Shown here: positions 1 to 12,046 of the stretch, in pieces | Layout of the letters: each line of letters begins with the position of its first letter | Numbering within the stretch: position 1 is the first letter of the stretch | Assembly: GCA_028534125.1 (NCBI GenBank) | Contig: CM052817.1 | Coordinates: 69,566,001-69,630,000 of the forward strand | Length of the DNA: 64,000 nucleotides | Direction: 5' to 3' | Source of the DNA: Lama glama | Lineage: Eukaryota | The notes under the pieces: generated by a model | Seen by the model: only the letters and a program-made list of their open reading frames with translations | Databases searched by the model: none | Told to the model about the DNA's origin: nothing | Translations under genes and position numbers: made by a program

Positions 1-39
1 GCATCTACAGCAAACGAGATGCTGAAGATCCTGGGGAAA

Positions 40-165
40 AAGATAACTCATCCAGTGAAGGTAAACAAGCTTTTGTCCTTAGCCACCCCCATGTTAGCAC
101 AATGGGTTCATAAATAGAGCGGCCAGGATATCAGAGATAGAGGTAACCTATGGGTCCACCAATCA
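40..165 (+). mobile_element. ERVL-class internal remnant (pol, integrase N-terminal region), decayed
   Basis: Translates as ITHPVKVNKLLSLATPMLAQWVHK*SGQDIRDRGNLWVHQ, resembling the ERVL integrase start (..PLSPATPVIAQWAHEQSGHGGRDGGYAWAQQ); has an in-frame stop. Confidence 0.7.
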
Positions 166-371
166 CCTTGGGACCAGTTTCAGCAATGAGGACCGTGACT
201 TATTCCACTAACACTCCCATTGAAAGTGTTCTGGGAGGATTTTTGTTTTGGTTTTTGCTTGTTTTATTTTATCATTAAGAAATGATGGCCAGCTACCACC
301 CTGAAGTGTCAATAACAGAGTGGAAAACAGCATATGGGGCACGAATGTATCTGGGTAACATGATAGATACT

Positions 372-828
372 CTGTAGGAGACACTGTCGGTTCTCCAATC
401 CATTTCCCCCATAGCAACAGCAATGGAAGAGAATTTACAGCATGCTGATAGCTTCCCTTCCCACTTGCCTATTCTCTTTTCCTCTCTGCCTTAGCGTTTT
501 CTCTAGCACCTTGGAAGTGCACTCCACTATAAGCAGGTACAACCTGGAAGTATGGAAGAGTCAACATCCCAGGGTCAATTCTCAATCAATAAAGAATGAC
601 TGCTGGTGGTTAAATGGCCCAGGATCCCCATCGTTCATGGAACGATTCTGAGATGTGTTATACATGGTTTCTTCCTGGAACAGTACCAATCCACAATTGC
701 TTACCATAGTAACCCCACTTATTGATGCATCCTTTACTAACTTTTCTCCCTTCCTTTTCTTATTTCCTGTCATCCTTCCTGGGCTTACCTCCCTTATAGA
801 CAGTCTACTCCCAGATTCTTGTCTTAGG
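372..828 (+). mobile_element. LTR16-like ERVL LTR, 3' end cut by an L1 fragment
   Basis: Block 'ttgcttaccatagtaaccccacttattgatgcatcctttact...cttcctgggcttacctccc...cccagattcttgtcttagg' resembles recalled LTR16 3' half; lies just downstream of the ERVL internal piece. Confidence 0.6.
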
Positions 829-940
829 TGGTAATCATTTCACAATACATAAATGCATCAAATCAACACATTGTACACCTTAAATGTACATAATGGCATA
901 TGTCAATAATACCTCAATAAAGCTGGAAAAATAATAAAAT
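829..940 (+). mobile_element. L1M (MB/MC-type) 3' terminal fragment with A-rich tail
   Basis: 'gtaatcatttcacaat...ttgtacaccttaaat...tatgtcaataatacctcaataaagctggaaaa' is a typical L1M 3' end. Confidence 0.75.
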
Positions 941-989
941 ACAAAATGAAAACAATAAAAGATAAAAAACACTAATCTTAAACATAAAC

Positions 990-1990
990 AGGCCCACATT
1001 AACATTAAAATTAAGAATATTTGTTCATTAAAATGCAACCTTAAGCAATTAAAAGGCAAACCATAGGGTGAAAAAAATTTTTTAACATATACAACAGTCA
1101 AAAGTCTCGTAAGTTAATATAAAAGGACCTTCTTGAAACAGATGAGAAAAAAACAAAGATAGGCAGACAATCCAGCAGAAAAAGAGGCCAGAGAACTTGA
1201 ACAGATATTTTTGGAAATAGGATATCCAAATGGTCAATAAACATGTAAACAGATGCACAACTTCATTATAATCAGGAAAATGAAAACTAAAATGACACAA
1301 ACTATCACTGCACAGCCTTCACATAGATAAAATCTGGATGATTGACCATTCCAAGTTTTGGCAAGCACTCAGACCAACAGGAACTCTTTTATGGTGTTCC
1401 TGAGAAGAGGGTTCAGCTGCCTTCGAAAATCCTTTATTATCTACTAGAGTTGAGAATAGGTATTCTCCATGAACTGATTTCACTCCTACCTAACTGAAAT
1501 GCATGCATATATGGTTCAAGAGACATATACAAGAATCACATGAGCACTAAGCCCATTACCTACAGAATGAACAAAAAAATTTGGCATATTCATAAATGGA
1601 CTAATGTAGTAAACAACATACAACTACACTCAACAATGTGAGGTAATCTTAACAATACAATGTTTAAGAAGCCAGATACAAAATAATATATAATGTATAA
1701 TTCCATTTAAATAAACTTCAAGGAAGGGAAAATTGACCATATTGTTTAGAGATGCCTTACTAAACATTCTATAAATAAAATCAGAGACAATTGCCATAAA
1801 GGAAGGATAGTGGTCCCCTTTGGGGCAGAGATGGTGTAGTAATTGGATGGAGGGAGAACATCTGAGGTGCTGACAATGTTCTGTTTCTTGTTCAAAATGA
1901 TGGTTACACAAATTTACACTTTGTGATTTATTGAGATATGCATTTATGTTTTATATATTTTTCTATACCTGTGTTCTATTTCATGAAAAA
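990..1990 (+). mobile_element. Old L1ME/MD-type ORF2 end and 3' UTR, highly decayed
   Basis: 'gaacttgaacagatattt...caaatggtcaataaacatg...aatcaggaaaatgaaaactaaa' and 'ggtgctgacaatgttctgtttcttg' L1M motifs. Confidence 0.7.
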
Positions 1991-2258
1991 AGAGAGGCTT
2001 TTAAGGGATGCAACTGTGGACAGATGAACAAATCATCCCTGAAGGAATGAAAGGAGTACTTCTCTTTAATTGATGACCTTGGGTTTGTGTTCTTAGGCTT
2101 ACTCTCTAGTGATAAATCACAAGTGCATCAATCAGTTGTGTACAGTGAAAAAAACTACTTTCTTCCTATGAGATAACATTTGATGGACAAATTACATTTG
2201 TCACTATCCCCCTCCTTTTACTGCATGTCATCACTGCATCATTAAATACAGCTCTGCC

Positions 2259-2571
2259 ATAGAGTGGATACTAAAGCAAGAGCCTTCAATATGCTGCATA
2301 CAAGACACCCACTTTAGGGAGAAGGACACATATAAATTGAGAGTGAAAGGATGGAAAAGGATATTCCATGCAAATGGAAAAGCCAAGAAAGCAGGTGTTG
2401 CAGTACTGATTTCAGACAAAATAGACTTTAAAACAAAGGCCATAAAGAAAGATAAAGAAGGACATTTTATAATGATTAAAGGAGTGATACAAGATGAAGA
2501 TATTACACTCGTTAATATATATGCACCCAATATAGGAGCACCTAAGTACATACAAGAATTACTAACAGAGA
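2259..2571 (+). mobile_element. Young L1 ORF2 endonuclease-domain fragment, running into the gap
   Basis: Stop-free IEWILKQEPSICCIQDTH..LRVKGWKRIFHANG..AGVAVLISDKIDFK..EGHFIMIKG..NIYAPNIGAPKYI. Confidence 0.95.
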
Positions 2572-3071
2572 NNNNNNNNNNNNNNNNNNNNNNNNNNNNN
2601 NNNNNNNNNNNNNNNNNNNNNNNNNNNNNNNNNNNNNNNNNNNNNNNNNNNNNNNNNNNNNNNNNNNNNNNNNNNNNNNNNNNNNNNNNNNNNNNNNNNN
2701 NNNNNNNNNNNNNNNNNNNNNNNNNNNNNNNNNNNNNNNNNNNNNNNNNNNNNNNNNNNNNNNNNNNNNNNNNNNNNNNNNNNNNNNNNNNNNNNNNNNN
2801 NNNNNNNNNNNNNNNNNNNNNNNNNNNNNNNNNNNNNNNNNNNNNNNNNNNNNNNNNNNNNNNNNNNNNNNNNNNNNNNNNNNNNNNNNNNNNNNNNNNN
2901 NNNNNNNNNNNNNNNNNNNNNNNNNNNNNNNNNNNNNNNNNNNNNNNNNNNNNNNNNNNNNNNNNNNNNNNNNNNNNNNNNNNNNNNNNNNNNNNNNNNN
3001 NNNNNNNNNNNNNNNNNNNNNNNNNNNNNNNNNNNNNNNNNNNNNNNNNNNNNNNNNNNNNNNNNNNNNNN
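2572..3071. other. Assembly gap (500 N)
   Basis: Run of exactly 500 N, probably a placeholder length. Confidence 0.99.
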
Positions 3072-3347
3072 AGATGAGTTGACCAAAAGTTTGTGGGTTC
3101 ATTTCTGGACTCTCTGTTCTGTTCCATTGGTCTATATGTCTGTTTTGGTACCAATACCATGCTGTCTTGATGACTGTAGCTCTGTAGTATTGTCTGAAGT
3201 CTGGGAGAGTTATTCCTCCAGCCTCTTTCTTTCTCTTCAGTAATGCTTTAGCAATTCTAGGTCTTTGATGGTTCCATATAAATTTTATTATGATTTGTTC
3301 TAGTTCTGTGAAATATGTCCTGGGTAATTGGATAGGGATTGCATTAA
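3072..3347 (-). mobile_element. Young L1 ORF2 fragment (post-RT region), running into the gap
   Basis: Stop-free [69 protein letters not shown]. Confidence 0.95.
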
Positions 3348-3354
3348 CAAACTT

Positions 3355-3613
3355 TCTTATAAGAGATAGAGAAGACACACCAAAGAAGAGGAAGGCAGAG
3401 AGGGGAGCTATGCAGTCACAAGTCAAGAAATGCCCATCAGTAATGCTGGAAGAGGCAAAAAGGGATTCTCTCCTAGAGCCTTCATAATGAACACAGTCCA
3501 GCTAACACCTTGATTTTGGACTTCTGGGCACCAGAACTAGGAGACGATAGATTTATATTGTTTTAAGCCACTCAGTTTGTGGTAGTTTGTTATAGCATCC
3601 CTAGGAACTAATA
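3355..3613 (+). mobile_element. MLT1 (MaLR) LTR, 3' half
   Basis: 'gctggaagaggcaa..gattctctcctagagcctt..acaccttgattttggacttctgg..ttgttttaagccactcagtttgtggtagtttgttatagca..ctaggaactaata'. Confidence 0.85.
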
Positions 3614-3717
3614 AACCTATTACGATTACATAGAGTTTATTTAGGAAGAAAACACTCAAGTCATGACCCTTGAATGCAAATACATACTGGCATCACAAAA
3701 TCTGAGTCACCTGATGG

Positions 3718-3830
3718 TTCATTCATTCAGTGAATACTGAGCATCTATTATTTGCCAGGCCCGTGCTAATTCCTGGGAATACATGGGTAGGCAAAAAGAG
3801 TTGTTCCTGCCTGAATGGAGCTGAAATGGT
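3718..3830 (-). mobile_element. L2 3' end
   Basis: 'ttcattcattca..tactgagcatctattatttgccagg..tgcta..ctgggaataca'. Confidence 0.65.
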
Positions 3831-4274
3831 TAGTGTTTTGGTCCAAAATGAAACCAAAGGCAACTCCAATTTTCTAACAGAAAATAAATCTCAGAAATGT
3901 TTTTTAACTGTTTGGAAGTCCTTAATTATGTGTCAAATAATTAATAACATGTGAATAAGTTTTCTTCCAAGCACGCAGCTTCAAAAATGAAGGAAAAAAA
4001 GCATCTGGCCAAATATATTTTGGATTTTACTGAATTTAATGAAGTCTTTAGGGAAATGGTTGGAAGGCACGATGAACTCTTAAGTACCACAGTGATGATA
4101 AAATAAGTATACCATCATTTAAGTGAGTATCGCTTGTTTGTTTGCTTTTGAAAAGCTAAACACACTTTGTATATGTTAAACATGTTTTTTCACCATAGGC
4201 TAGACAAATTTCGGAAATCCATGAGGTTGAATGAAGCATGGGGATTTCCTGCTTAACCACACCGCATTTATTAA

Positions 4275-4395
4275 TAACAATAATAACTATCATTTATTGT
4301 GATGATTATTTGTCAGGCACTTTGCTTAGTGTTTTATGCACAGGATCCCCTTTGATCTACAAAACAACCTGAATAGATTGGCGCCCACTTTCTTC
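4275..4395 (-). mobile_element. MIR fragment
   Basis: 'aataactatcattttattg..tgtcaggcactttgcttagtgttttatgc..tttgatctacaaaacaacct'. Confidence 0.55.
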
Positions 4396-4957
4396 CAAGC
4401 CAGCCATTTACTTGCATTCCTAAAAACCTCATGCCCTTCCCAGATAAATGGCTAAGGATCTGCAAACTTTTGTAACCTCTGCCTCTTTTATTGTTCCTCT
4501 ATGCCTTCTCCTGTTCTTCCTCTCTTGCAGTTAACCATTGAAATGAACATCACAATCCTAGAAATATGACTCAAAGTGATTATGGATCTATGAAAAAGTC
4601 TCCATTCTTCATTAAGTAGAGCTGAAGACAACAACAGCTCCAAGCTTGAAAGTACTTTTTCCTAACATTCTGGGAATGACCCCCTCTGCTTTGACATCCA
4701 TGTTGCCTTCAGACATACTGACACACATGGGCCAACATACTGCCAATTAAGATTTCATCCTTTCCTCCCCAACCAATCACTTCTGTTCTGCTTTATCCTG
4801 CCTATGGCGGAGAGGTAGCACTGCTAAATGGATTCTATGGTGCAATTAGCACAAAATTTGCTGATTGTCTGCAGTCTAACTGATTCATGGTAAAAAACCT
4901 AAAAGAAGGGGTTCTAATAGAGCCTGAAGGAATCTGCTGTCACAAAGGGTCTATGTT

Positions 4958-5254
4958 AAACAGAAACAGACTGACAGACACAGTAAACAATCCTATGGTT
5001 AATGGGAAAATGGGTGGGAGGGAATAAATTTGGGAGTTTGAGATTTATAAATGTTAGCTGCTATATATAAAAGCAAATTTTTTTAAGTTTCTTTTGTATA
5101 GCACAGGGAACTATGTTCAACATCTTGTAATAACCTTTAATGGAAAAAAATACGAAAATGAATATATGTATGTATATGCATGACTGGGACATTGTACTGT
5201 CCACCAGAGATTGACACATTGTAATCGACTGTACCTCAATTAAAAAAAAAAAAA
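4958..5254 (+). mobile_element. 5'-truncated camelid-type L1 3' UTR with poly(A)
   Basis: Ends 'gcatgactgggacattgtactgt..ccagagattgacacattgtaa..gactgtacctcaatt' + A tail; degenerate TSD aaagggtctatgttaaa / aaaagtccatcttaaaa. Confidence 0.9.
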
Positions 5255-5281
5255 GTCCATCTTAAAAGATAGTCACACAAC

Positions 5282-5440
5282 CACTAGTTTCCAAATCTCC
5301 TAGAGTACTGTTAAAAATGCTGCTTCTCAGACTCCACCTCAAACCTACTCAATCTAGAGCACAGGGCTTGAGGCCTGGAAATCTGCACTGTTAAGATTCC
5401 ATGTTGTTTCTAATGTGCTTAAACAACAGAAACCACCAGC
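5282..5440. mobile_element. MER5-type hAT-Charlie MITE, decayed
   Basis: 'tgttaaaaatgc..cagactccacctcaaacctactcaatc..gaggcctggaaatctgca..ttctaatgtgc..gaaaccac'. Confidence 0.6.
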
Positions 5441-5617
5441 CAAGGAAATGCCCCTAAGAAGTGCCTAGTAAGTGTATTTCTGCGTGTGTGGGTATGAAGT
5501 GTTTATATAGAAGGCAAGAAAAGGGAACAGAATAACCTTGAGAGATGAGAACTAAACCATATGAAAAGAATACTGGATTGGAACTCCAGAGGCCCGGGTT
5601 CTATGCTCAACTCTACC

Positions 5618-6005
5618 ATTCATTTATTTATTCAAAATATATTGATTAACTACCTACTATGTGGTGAACGTTGAACTAGGCTCTGGGGATAGATACAGCA
5701 GGAGGCAAATTCCTGACCTCAAGGAGCTTGTAAGAGAGATGGACTGTAACAAGTAAACACAAAACTATGTATCATTCAGTAATATGTAAGTGCCCTGAAG
5801 AAAAATACGGTTAGAGATAGAGATTGGAGTGATACTGTTTTACAGAGGGTGGTCAGATCTGAGAAGTGAGGAAAATGAGGGAGCAAATCAGGTAGGTATC
5901 TAAAGTGAGAGCACCCATCATGGAACAGCAAGTGGAAAGCTTTGAGGAAAAAGTGTGTTGTATACAAGGAAGAGAAGGAAGCTAGTGTGGCTGGAGCAAC
6001 AGTAT
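5618..6005 (-). mobile_element. L2 3' region
   Basis: 'attcatttatttattcaaaatatattga..acctactatgtg..ctaggctctggggata..cctgacctcaaggagctt..gctagtgtggctggagca'. Confidence 0.7.
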
Positions 6006-7599
6006 TATAATGAGTGAGCTCATTATAGTGGGTCTGACTCTCTTCATTCCATAAAAATTTCCTCAACATACATTTATAGGTTAAATTTAATTTCCTGTGT
6101 TTTGACCCATAGCAGGGCTTGGTCTGTGACGTTGATTTAATCTTCTAAATAGAAGGGTGACTTGAGAAAGGTCCAACTTTTTGCTTTAATAAACTAATCA
6201 GCCAGTTATCTACAAAATCCTGCTGTCAAGGTTTACAAACTTTCCCTGACTTCTCTACCTATAAAGTCATCCTATTGGGTAAGAAAGACAGAAGAGTCCA
6301 TTGTATCTCAATGGCTACCATCTCTAGGAACTTGTTCTCTCTCTTTTTTTTTTTTTCCTTGTTCTCTTGATATACACAGAGAAACATGGAGTTCTAATTC
6401 TTAGCCATAAATATATTAGCATAAATTTGGTTTATCAGATTAGCTAAGAGTCAGAAACCTGGATGCCTACTCAGTACAGAGTGGCTTGGGAGTGGAGACG
6501 GAGGTGAGGAGGATAAGCTACAATAAAATTGTGTTGCCATAGGGAAAAGAGAGAGGAAGAAGAAAGCCAGAGAGGTGCCTTCATGGACTCATTATGGGAT
6601 TCATACCAATTCAAATCCTGGGCAGCTCAGAATGCAGTACAGACACAGCATGAGTACCCAAGTGTGCATATAGCAGGCTCCAAATGACAGAATTCCTGGA
6701 CTGGGTCTCAAGGATAAAAATTAAGAGGGAGAAAATTCATTTATATTTTCCAAGACTGATAATCACTGCTTTGTTTTTGGCTTTTTGGTTTTTGCTATAT
6801 AATAATCCCATTTCCAGTTTGACTTGCATGAGTGAGCCTTTCTTATCACCCAGTTACCTCATCTAGGCATCTTCTGTCTCCCATTCCTCTTCTATAAGGG
6901 CCCAGCAGTCTGCCTACTGGATAGCCACGCAGAGTCCCATTGTCCACCATCATAACACCTTTATAACAAACCGCAGGCATGTGTAGTTCGTTCTAGTGTA
7001 TTTGTTTATATTTAGACCATAGCTTTTTATTTGGAGAAAAGAGAATAAAGCCTTTCAGAGAGAAAGTTGGCTGGAGATGACCCTCTTGGTTTGAAAATGA
7101 AGACAGCCAGAATAGGAAAAAAAAAAAGGTCTTAAGAACAGTTTTTCTCTGTAGAGCACTGAACTGAACAAACAAAAAGAATAACAGCAAAAGAACAACA
7201 AAAATGTGATCTAATCTCCCTGGATGTGGTAGAGAATCCATCCAGGTATTGACAGTATATCAAGTAAATGTATTCTCAGCTATAAGGCTCATAACCAGAC
7301 TCTGTCAGTTGCACCAATTCAGAATTTTGGTTTATCAGTAGGTACACTTTTATAACTAATAATAATCAGCACTTTAGTTGCCCTTGTCTTTGTTGCTACA
7401 AAAAAAAAATTTTTATCTCAAAATTATGTCACTACTGGACTCCACTGAGTGAACCTACTTGTTTTTACGGATTTTCACAAAACTCTTGGAATGTTTCTCA
7501 AGCCAAATTCAACACATCCAATCTTCTATCCACCTGAAATATGTAGTTAGAAATGTAACATAGAAAATGACATATTTTAATAAATCCACAGCCCTCTGT

Positions 7600-8610
7600 C
7601 CTTTTGATATTGATTTGCTCCAGAGTTCAGTTTTTCACCTCCTCTTTTTTTCCTCTCCATGTATGTCTCTGGGCAGTTTCATCTATTTCCATAGCTGGAA
7701 CTACCATCTAAATGCTGATTAATTGTAGACCTATTTCCAGCCTAGACACACATGTCTAGTGCCTACTAGGCATCTACAAATATTCCAAAGGGAAAAGAAA
7801 CAGGAGGAAAGAACGTACTACCATTGTTAAGCTTCCACAAAGCTCCAACACCCCAGATTCATCTCACTATCACTCTTTATCCCCAAACTCTTCCTCTTCT
7901 TACATACACATCCAGTCTTGCATGGCTCCACCTGCCACCCAACCACCAAACCCAGAACCTTAAGAAGAGTCGACCTAGACTCCTTGCCCTCACTTCACCA
8001 CACATCCAACTAATTAGAAGACACTTCAGATTCTGCCTCAGAAATATTTTGATTAAGATCCTTTTCCTGTATCTTCTCTGCCAATGCCATAGTTTATTTT
8101 TATCATTTTCACATGTTTGTGTAGCAACTTCAGCATTCCTCCCTCCCTCTTTCTCATCTTGGCTTCAGCTAAGTTATTCAAAATACAAATATAATCATGT
8201 CTTTTCCTTGCTTAAAATTTTTTAATGACTATCATTTATCTTCACAAAATGTTCAAGCATTTCCTGATGGTCCCTCTTCTATACCTTATACAGCACCAAC
8301 ACTCACCTGCACATATTTCCCCAAGTATGTAACACTCAAATCACAGTGCTTATGCATGTTCTTTTTTCGATGCCTCCAGAAAACTCTCCTCATCTTCTCT
8401 TCCTGCTCACCTTTTCAAGTGCCCCTCTCCATGCCAGCAGAGTTCTATGACAACATTTAGCATGCTGCACTCTTTTCCTCAGAGTTGTCTTTCTGAGCTT
8501 TTAGATTGCAAACTCCTGGAAATCACAAACTCTGTCTTTCAGCTGCATATCCTCAGTATTTAGCACAGTGCCAGGAGCTGAATAGGCTCTCAGAAGAATT
8601 TGTTTGTCCA
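7600..8610 (+). mobile_element. L2 (decayed RT region to 3' end)
   Basis: 'taccatctaaatgctgat' (decayed YHLYADD); ends 'tttagcacagtgccagga..aataggctctcag'. Confidence 0.7.
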
Positions 8611-10999
8611 AAGTTCCTTACCCACCTGTAACGAGCCTGTGATGTAGGGAGCTGTGACACATTTGTGAGGCAGTATGGTATATGGCGCAGAGTATCAACT
8701 GCTATGCAGCTATTTGCATGTTCCTAATTGAGGTCTGTCAGTCACTCATTTATACATGGATAAGGAATTTTTCCCTCATCTCTCATACAAGCATATTTCT
8801 AATTAAAAGACAAATCTAGTTAGCCAGAATAGAGGAGTTTTACATAAAAGAAAAGGGTGCCTTTGTGACTAGAATGGCAAAAGGAGTCTATAAAAGATAA
8901 CTAAAGCTTTAGAGGTGACATAGAGGTCAGTGGCAAAGCTAGAAGGAAGGTATAAGATGGGTGTTGTATTCTCTAGACCACACTGCCTCCCTGTGGGGGG
9001 TTCTCTGGGCAAGGATGTGCCTAAAGAAAAGCAAAGCCAATTTTACACAATTGTAAACTGGTTATAGCTAGATTTTATGTATTTTTATAACAAAAATCCA
9101 CTCCCAAATACTAGGTTTGAATGGTGCCAGGGGATGACTTGTTCCCTGAAAGACTGATGCTCACTTTCATGGATTTGGAATAGAAACATTTTTGTTCATT
9201 TAAAAATAAGTAGTCCTCAGAATGATCTCTGGAAATGTCAATACCGAAAAATGAAATAACCACAATCTAATTGTTTTGTTTTTACTACTTTGAATAATTA
9301 TACTTTACAGGTCTCAATCATTTAATTTACTTATGAGAAATATAAGATTGTAAGATCAATGTCCCTAAAAATCAAAAATTGCAAAAAAAAAAGACCCTCC
9401 ATTTGCTATGTATCAAACGTAACATCTTTAGTTTTTTTAATATTTAATTATAATGATAAAAAAAATCAAAATAGTCATCAAAATTAATGATTGCTCCCTG
9501 CTTATACATATCCCCTGAAGTAGAATCTGACAAACCTATAAAACATCAGATGCACTTCTGCAAGTTGAAATGCTTATAACCAGTTTGAGAAACACCTCAA
9601 AGATCAATTTTCATTTATCTGGTAGAGAAAGTATTTCACAGAGTGCTACTTTTTGAAAGAAAATCTTATGTTTTAAGCACAAAATACATTTTTCAGATTT
9701 CAGGATTTATTTCTTTCAACATTTTTCAAATTTCTAACAGTATACAGGCATCATTCAAAGGCAGAAAATGGTCTTAGTCTGCTGCTTCCACAAAAGGCTT
9801 TGAGCTATTTCCAGAAATAAAATAATTGCTCGTAATCTACCTTAATGCAAATATCTAAAGGCTCTGCTTTTGAGTTTCCGGAATCTCAGAAATATTCAAA
9901 TTCATGACTTGTCTGTTTCCTGACCAGTTGCTTTTGAAGTGGTTGTGGGATCCATGAAATTATTTGAAATTTGAAATGTCTGGCTGTCAGTAAATAGTTG
10001 CTATTACCTTGATGTCTGTGTAGCCGCTCTCTTTCCTGTAACCTTTACCTATGGTAGCTCTCACTGAGGCCACATATGCATGTATATGTCTGTAGGCTCT
10101 GGTCCATACATACGGTCCTTGTTAGATAATTTACTGTTTAATCTTAATGAGAAAGGAAGAATATCCATGATATTGACTCACCTGAATCTATATTTCTATT
10201 TTCTCGAAGGGTCAAGCTGTTTTATTTACTGCACACACAAATAAAAGCTTGAGTAGTATTTCTTTTTAATGATGGACAATGAAAGTACACATGCCATCCA
10301 TATGACATGCACATGATTTCTGCATTTCTGTACTAGTATTATTAAATACTTCAGAGATTAGTAATGATGATGGTTTGCATAATGTTTTCTTAGGAGCAAT
10401 CAGAGCCATGAACTTGAGATATGGCAAGAGAAAGGGTTAGCCTGAGGGGAAGATTAGGGGAAAAGAAAGAAGAGAGCTAAGAGAATCTGCCTGGTACCCT
10501 CCCAAAAAAGAAAAGCAGACATTTACATATCAAACTTAGGCCCAAAGGGAAAAACAGATTGCTGGCAGAATAAAAAAAATGTGGAACAAGAAGTAAAGCA
10601 AGAATATTTTCCATTTTCTCCCCCTTTCTAACCAGGCTTAGAAGGTACGGAGGAGAGAATACTCTTCTGAGTCAGAAAAACTGGACTTGATTTGGAATTA
10701 ACTGTGTGATCTTGGCCAAGTCAACGTCCCTGGGACTAAGTTTTCTTATATTTAAAGTAAAATAATAATTAGAAAATTATTAGATCATTAGAATCTAATT
10801 AATTCTTTGATAATTCCAGAGATGGTTTGGTTCTAGAAATCCAAAGCATATTCAAGGATAGTTGGAGAAGGCCATTCAATGATTATTCAAGGTGACTAGG
10901 ATGAGTCACAGTTATAAATCACTATTCTCACTTTTTTATCAGATACTGAACATGATCTTCACCTTTTAAGGAAATGCCACACACCCCTAAGATAACACA

Positions 11000-11150
11000 G
11001 CTGGTCCTCTGTACCCACAGATGTAAAACTTACAGATGTGGAGAGCTGACTGAGCTACACTATTTTATATAAGGGACTTGGGCATTCGTGGATTTCAGCA
11101 TCTTTTGGGGGTCTTGGAACCAATCCCCTGCAGTTACCCAGGGATGACTG
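11000..11150. mobile_element. MER2-like Tigger MITE fragment
   Basis: 'ttttatataagggacttgggcattcgtggattt..gtcttggaaccaatcccctgcag..agggatgactg' resembles the MER2 terminus. Confidence 0.75.
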
Positions 11151-11167
11151 CTTCACTTCTAGTAGGA

Positions 11168-11372
11168 ATGGAGGAAGGAGATGGGAAGGAAAGAGAAACA
11201 AAAGGAAGCAAAAGAACTAGCTCAGGACAGAAATAACTTGTTAGGAGAAGAAGAGAAAGGAGAGAGGAGGGAGAAAGAGGGAGGGAGGGTGGAAGGGAGA
11301 GAGAGGGAGAGAGACAGAAATACCAGCTGGACAACAGAGAGAAGAGGAGGGAGAATCAGTAAGAGGGAAGGC
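11168..11372. repeat. Purine-rich (GA) low-complexity tract
   Basis: Mostly A/G on the + strand, e.g. gagaggagggagaaagagggagggagggtggaagggagagagagggagagag. Confidence 0.8.
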
Positions 11373-11534
11373 TTCAAGGCATGTAACTGTGGATTATCTT
11401 GGTATGTGCAGGCAGCAATAAGCTGTTTGGTACTGATAAATCTGACATGTAGGGAGGCAGAGAGGAATGTGTTCTGCACAAAGGAACACTGACTTTATCA
11501 GATCGCTTATAGGACATATCAGGAGGTTTTAAGC

Positions 11535-11780
11535 AGGTTAGCGGGTAAAAGCATGGCCTCTAAAACCAGATTGCCCAGACCTAATCCTGGCTCTGTCACT
11601 TGCTGTTTGGGTCATTTGGGGGAGATACTTACCATTCTGTGCCTCAGTTTCCTCTTCTGTAGAGTAGGGACAAAAATAGCACCCACGTCATAGGGTTGTG
11701 GTGAAAGTGTGCATGAATTATTGCACACAACGTGCCAGAAACAGTGCCTAGGACACAGAAATCAATAAATACTGGCTGGG
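11535..11780 (+). mobile_element. MIR, near full length
   Basis: Core 'aatcctggctctgtcacttgct..tctgtgcctcagtttcctcttctgta..catagggttgtggtga..acagtgcctaggacacag..tcaataaata'. Confidence 0.85.
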
Positions 11781-11953
11781 ACTATTGCAGTCATACTTTC
11801 AATTTAGTAAGGTAATTCTGTGGGACATTTCTTAAAATCCTGTGTATAATAAATGCGGGAGATTAAGATGAAAATATGAGGCAAGTGTTACACAAAGTTT
11901 GAGAATTTTCTGTAAAGAGTATGTATTTTTTCTCACTGTGAATGAATAAAACA

Positions 11954-12046
11954 AAGTCACAGTGACCTACTGAGACGCAGAGAGTAAATATGTTTGGAGT
12001 TGAAAATACACAATAGATTAAAAATTATATTAGGTCAACATGACCT
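11954..12046. promoter_or_regulatory. Paired estrogen response elements with an intervening forkhead motif (candidate enhancer)
   Basis: AGGTCAacaTGACCT at 12032-12046 (perfect); AAGTCAcagTGACCT at 11954-11968 (1 mismatch); GTAAATA at 11984-11990. Confidence 0.6.

Noticed and set aside
2231..3426. Long ORFs of 174-309 aa in the ORF track
   Set aside because: They read through the N gap; the real parts are L1 ORF2 fragments or their antisense
11181..11492. Glu/Arg/Gly-rich 103-aa ORF
   Set aside because: By-product of a GA-rich low-complexity tract
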